A stretch of 33,341 bases of DNA. Origin: Thraustochytrium aureum. Taxonomy: Eukaryota. Location: positions 173,932 through 207,272 of the forward strand of contig BLSG01000419.1 of the NCBI GenBank assembly GCA_012862495.1, given 5' to 3'. Positions within the stretch are counted from its first letter, which is position 1. Every line of letters begins with the position of its first letter. This document shows positions 31,301 to 33,341 of the stretch, piece by piece. The notes under the pieces are model-generated. The model was not told where the DNA came from and did no database searches. It saw only the letters and a program-made list of their open reading frames with translations. The position numbers and the translations under genes are program-made.

Positions 31301-33054
31301 AGTTGAGGCTTTTGACCCGCTCGGGGCGCGCAAGAGAAAACTGACGCGCGCCCGAGGCAGTGCGAGCGGAGCGCACATTGCGTACGACTACCGACGCCTG
31401 CTCGACTCGGCCCAGGTAGACCGGCAGAACATGCTGTGCACCGCAATTCTCGAATCGATCCGCAGAGAAGGCCAAGTGCTAGCCAAGCGGCCCGAGGCCA
31501 TCGAGAACTTGTGCGACTTGTCTATGAGTCAAGACGAGCCGGTGTGCCCCAGCTTTGCCACCCTAATGCTACCTCCAGGCCGAATCCAGTACAAATTTGT
31601 TGTGCGTGGCGATGAAATCTTNNNNNNNNNNNNNNNNNNNNNNNNNNNNNNNNNNNNNNNNNNNNNNNNNNNNNNNNNNNNNNNNNNNNNNNNNNNNNNN
31701 NNNNNNNNNNNNNNNNNNNNNNNNNNNNNNNNNNNNNNNNNNNNNNNNNNNNNNNNNNNNNNNNNNNNNNNNNNNNNNNNNNNNNNNNNNNNNNNNNNNN
31801 NNNNNNNNNNNNNNNAGTTGCCTGGCGTCGCAAACTGTCTCGACATCAAGTGGCCGGTACGCCCGGTCGCCGGGCTCGCCGACCCGGACCCCGGATCGGA
31901 GCGTCCGCAACCTGTTTCTGCTTGGTCAGTGAGGCGCTCCCTCTTCCGGTTCCATCACTGCGACACGGTTAACTCTCTGCGCGATGCGTTTACGTCCGAC
32001 TGGGACAAGCTCGAGGCCAACCAGTTTGTGTCGCGCGCGATCGGCAACGAGCTTGACACGATCCGCGAGCTGATTTGGGCCAACTACGCAGATCTATGCA
32101 CTGCTTTTGGGGGCCTGGCGTGCGCCGGCGAAAATGCTTTTGCCTTGAGCTACTCCGCTTTGCAGAGCTGGGTCCGCCGTCAGGTGATCGTTCCGCACAC
32201 AGTTCCGGACGACGTGCTCCACGAGGTTTACGAGCAGACTGCAATGCTCGAGGCCAGGCAGTCCACGACACCGTTTGGCAAGCACTACAGCTTCATGGTC
32301 AAGACTGCGCAACTCGGGAGGCACAGTCAGCGACCAAGCGTGCTGCATGCTGAGGCCGCACTTTTTCCAGTTCCTGCTTCTTCTCGCGGTCAAGGTGTTT
32401 TCGCCGACAGCTCGTCCCTCGTTGGCACGAGCGAGTGGGATCGGTCGAAGACAGGGCGACGAGGCAGAGCAACGGGTCAAGGTCAAGTCCAAATACGGAA
32501 CGGCCGCTTTTGACGAACCTTTCATGGCGGTCCACCACGTATTGACTCGGATCTTGTGCGAGAAGGAGGGGCAAAACGTCCATCGCGACGTGTTTCGCCG
32601 CGGGCACCTGTTCTTTCAAGACGTGGTGAATGTGTTTGTGCGGCACCTCGACTTTTTGCGGGCAATTTTCGACAAGTACTCGGTCAAGGGCCATGTGCTG
32701 CACGACTTTATTCCGGCCAACACTTGGGAGCAGATCTTCAAGAGCTTAGAGGCGAGCTTTGCGGAGGAAGCGTTGCGCCGCATCTTCGCCGCCTCCAAGA
32801 ACACCTTTGTCGACTTTGAGGACATTGACTTTGCCCCTGGGCTTTGCTTTCTCGAGTTTCTGGAGTGTCTGGCGCGGCTGGCGCGCATGCAGGTGCTAGC
32901 CAGCTCTGTTGTTGGCGCGCTAAGCCGCCGCGCCAAGGCAATCGACCGCCTCAACAAGACCATCCATGGCATCCACGATGACGGCCTGGCGCTTGCTCTG
33001 GAGCGACTCATTGAATTGCTTATGGAAAAGGTTTCCCTTGCCGAGAGTGATTGA
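28397..33054 (+). CDS. Large RNI-like (NLRC3/RanGAP-type) leucine-rich-repeat protein with a CBM48-like segment and a C-terminal EF-hand-like helical domain; frameshifted in this assembly
   Basis: LRRs: LDLAGNQLG, LDLSGNGLGD, LNLSKNQIG, LLLDWNQIRG, LSLSWNGLG, LSLAHNLF, LDLSGN. These are followed by CWIEKRW..HTFWYYPG, LPPGRIQYKFVVRG, WSVRRSLF…DT…AFTSDW and LCFLEFLECLARLA. The overlapping ORFs 28382..29176, 29164..31041, 31038..32513 and 32275..33054 switch frame at ~29124, ~30950-31030 and ~32260-32340. The single-gene model is inferred. Confidence 0.7.
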
Positions 33055-33341
33055 CATGTGCGATTCTAGCAAATAGATCAGCAGTGGTACATACATACCG
33101 GTGCTTGCCAACGATTTTTTCTATTACCGTAAGAGCTATCTGTGGCTTGCTCTTGCAAAACGCGCAGCGATGCGGCTCGGGGTTGCTTCCGATACGCGTT
33201 CGCTCTGTCCGCGTCGCTGCTGCTACAGGACGCAGCCCTGCAGAGCCAGTTGCTCTGGAGGGGTGCGCGGTCCCAGAGCCATTCCCTCTCCGTCGTTTCG
33301 CTCCGCGCCACGAGTTGAAGCCGCAACGCACTACCTCGCGA

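Larger units (their letters stand above)
1047..31815. other. Assembly gaps (N runs) at 1047-1458, 2760-2981, 7918-8250, 12313-12533, 14394-14998, 17663-17781, 22189-22313, 28013-28126 and 31622-31815
   Basis: Directly visible. Reading frame is preserved across some gaps (1047-1458, 31622-31815) but not others (2760-2981, 17663-17781), so the gap sizes are estimates. Confidence 0.99.

Overview
GC-rich, gene-dense, intron-poor eukaryotic nuclear DNA, most consistent with a flagellated protist. A stramenopile such as a labyrinthulomycete is my inference from gene content, not proven. The draft assembly has nine N-gaps and several single-base indels that split genes. Nine protein-coding genes are supported, left to right: (1) a giant >2,500-aa minus-strand protein running off the left edge, with NZF/RanBP2 zinc-finger, UBA-like and SH3b-like modules; (2) a secreted Cys-rich orphan protein; (3) an LPCAT-type lysophospholipid acyltransferase; (4) snurportin-1; (5) katanin p80; (6) bifunctional lysine-ketoglutarate reductase/saccharopine dehydrogenase (AASS, LKR/SDH); (7) ALDH7/antiquitin; (8) a CAP10/GT90 glycosyltransferase without a signal anchor that resembles the giant-virus type; (9) a large RNI-like LRR protein with a split CBM48-like module. 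The most striking feature is the head-to-head AASS and ALDH7 pair, which encodes the three consecutive steps from lysine to 2-aminoadipate. It is a candidate eukaryotic metabolic mini-cluster with a shared, repeat-containing bidirectional spacer. No rRNA, tRNA, CRISPR or transposase was recognised.
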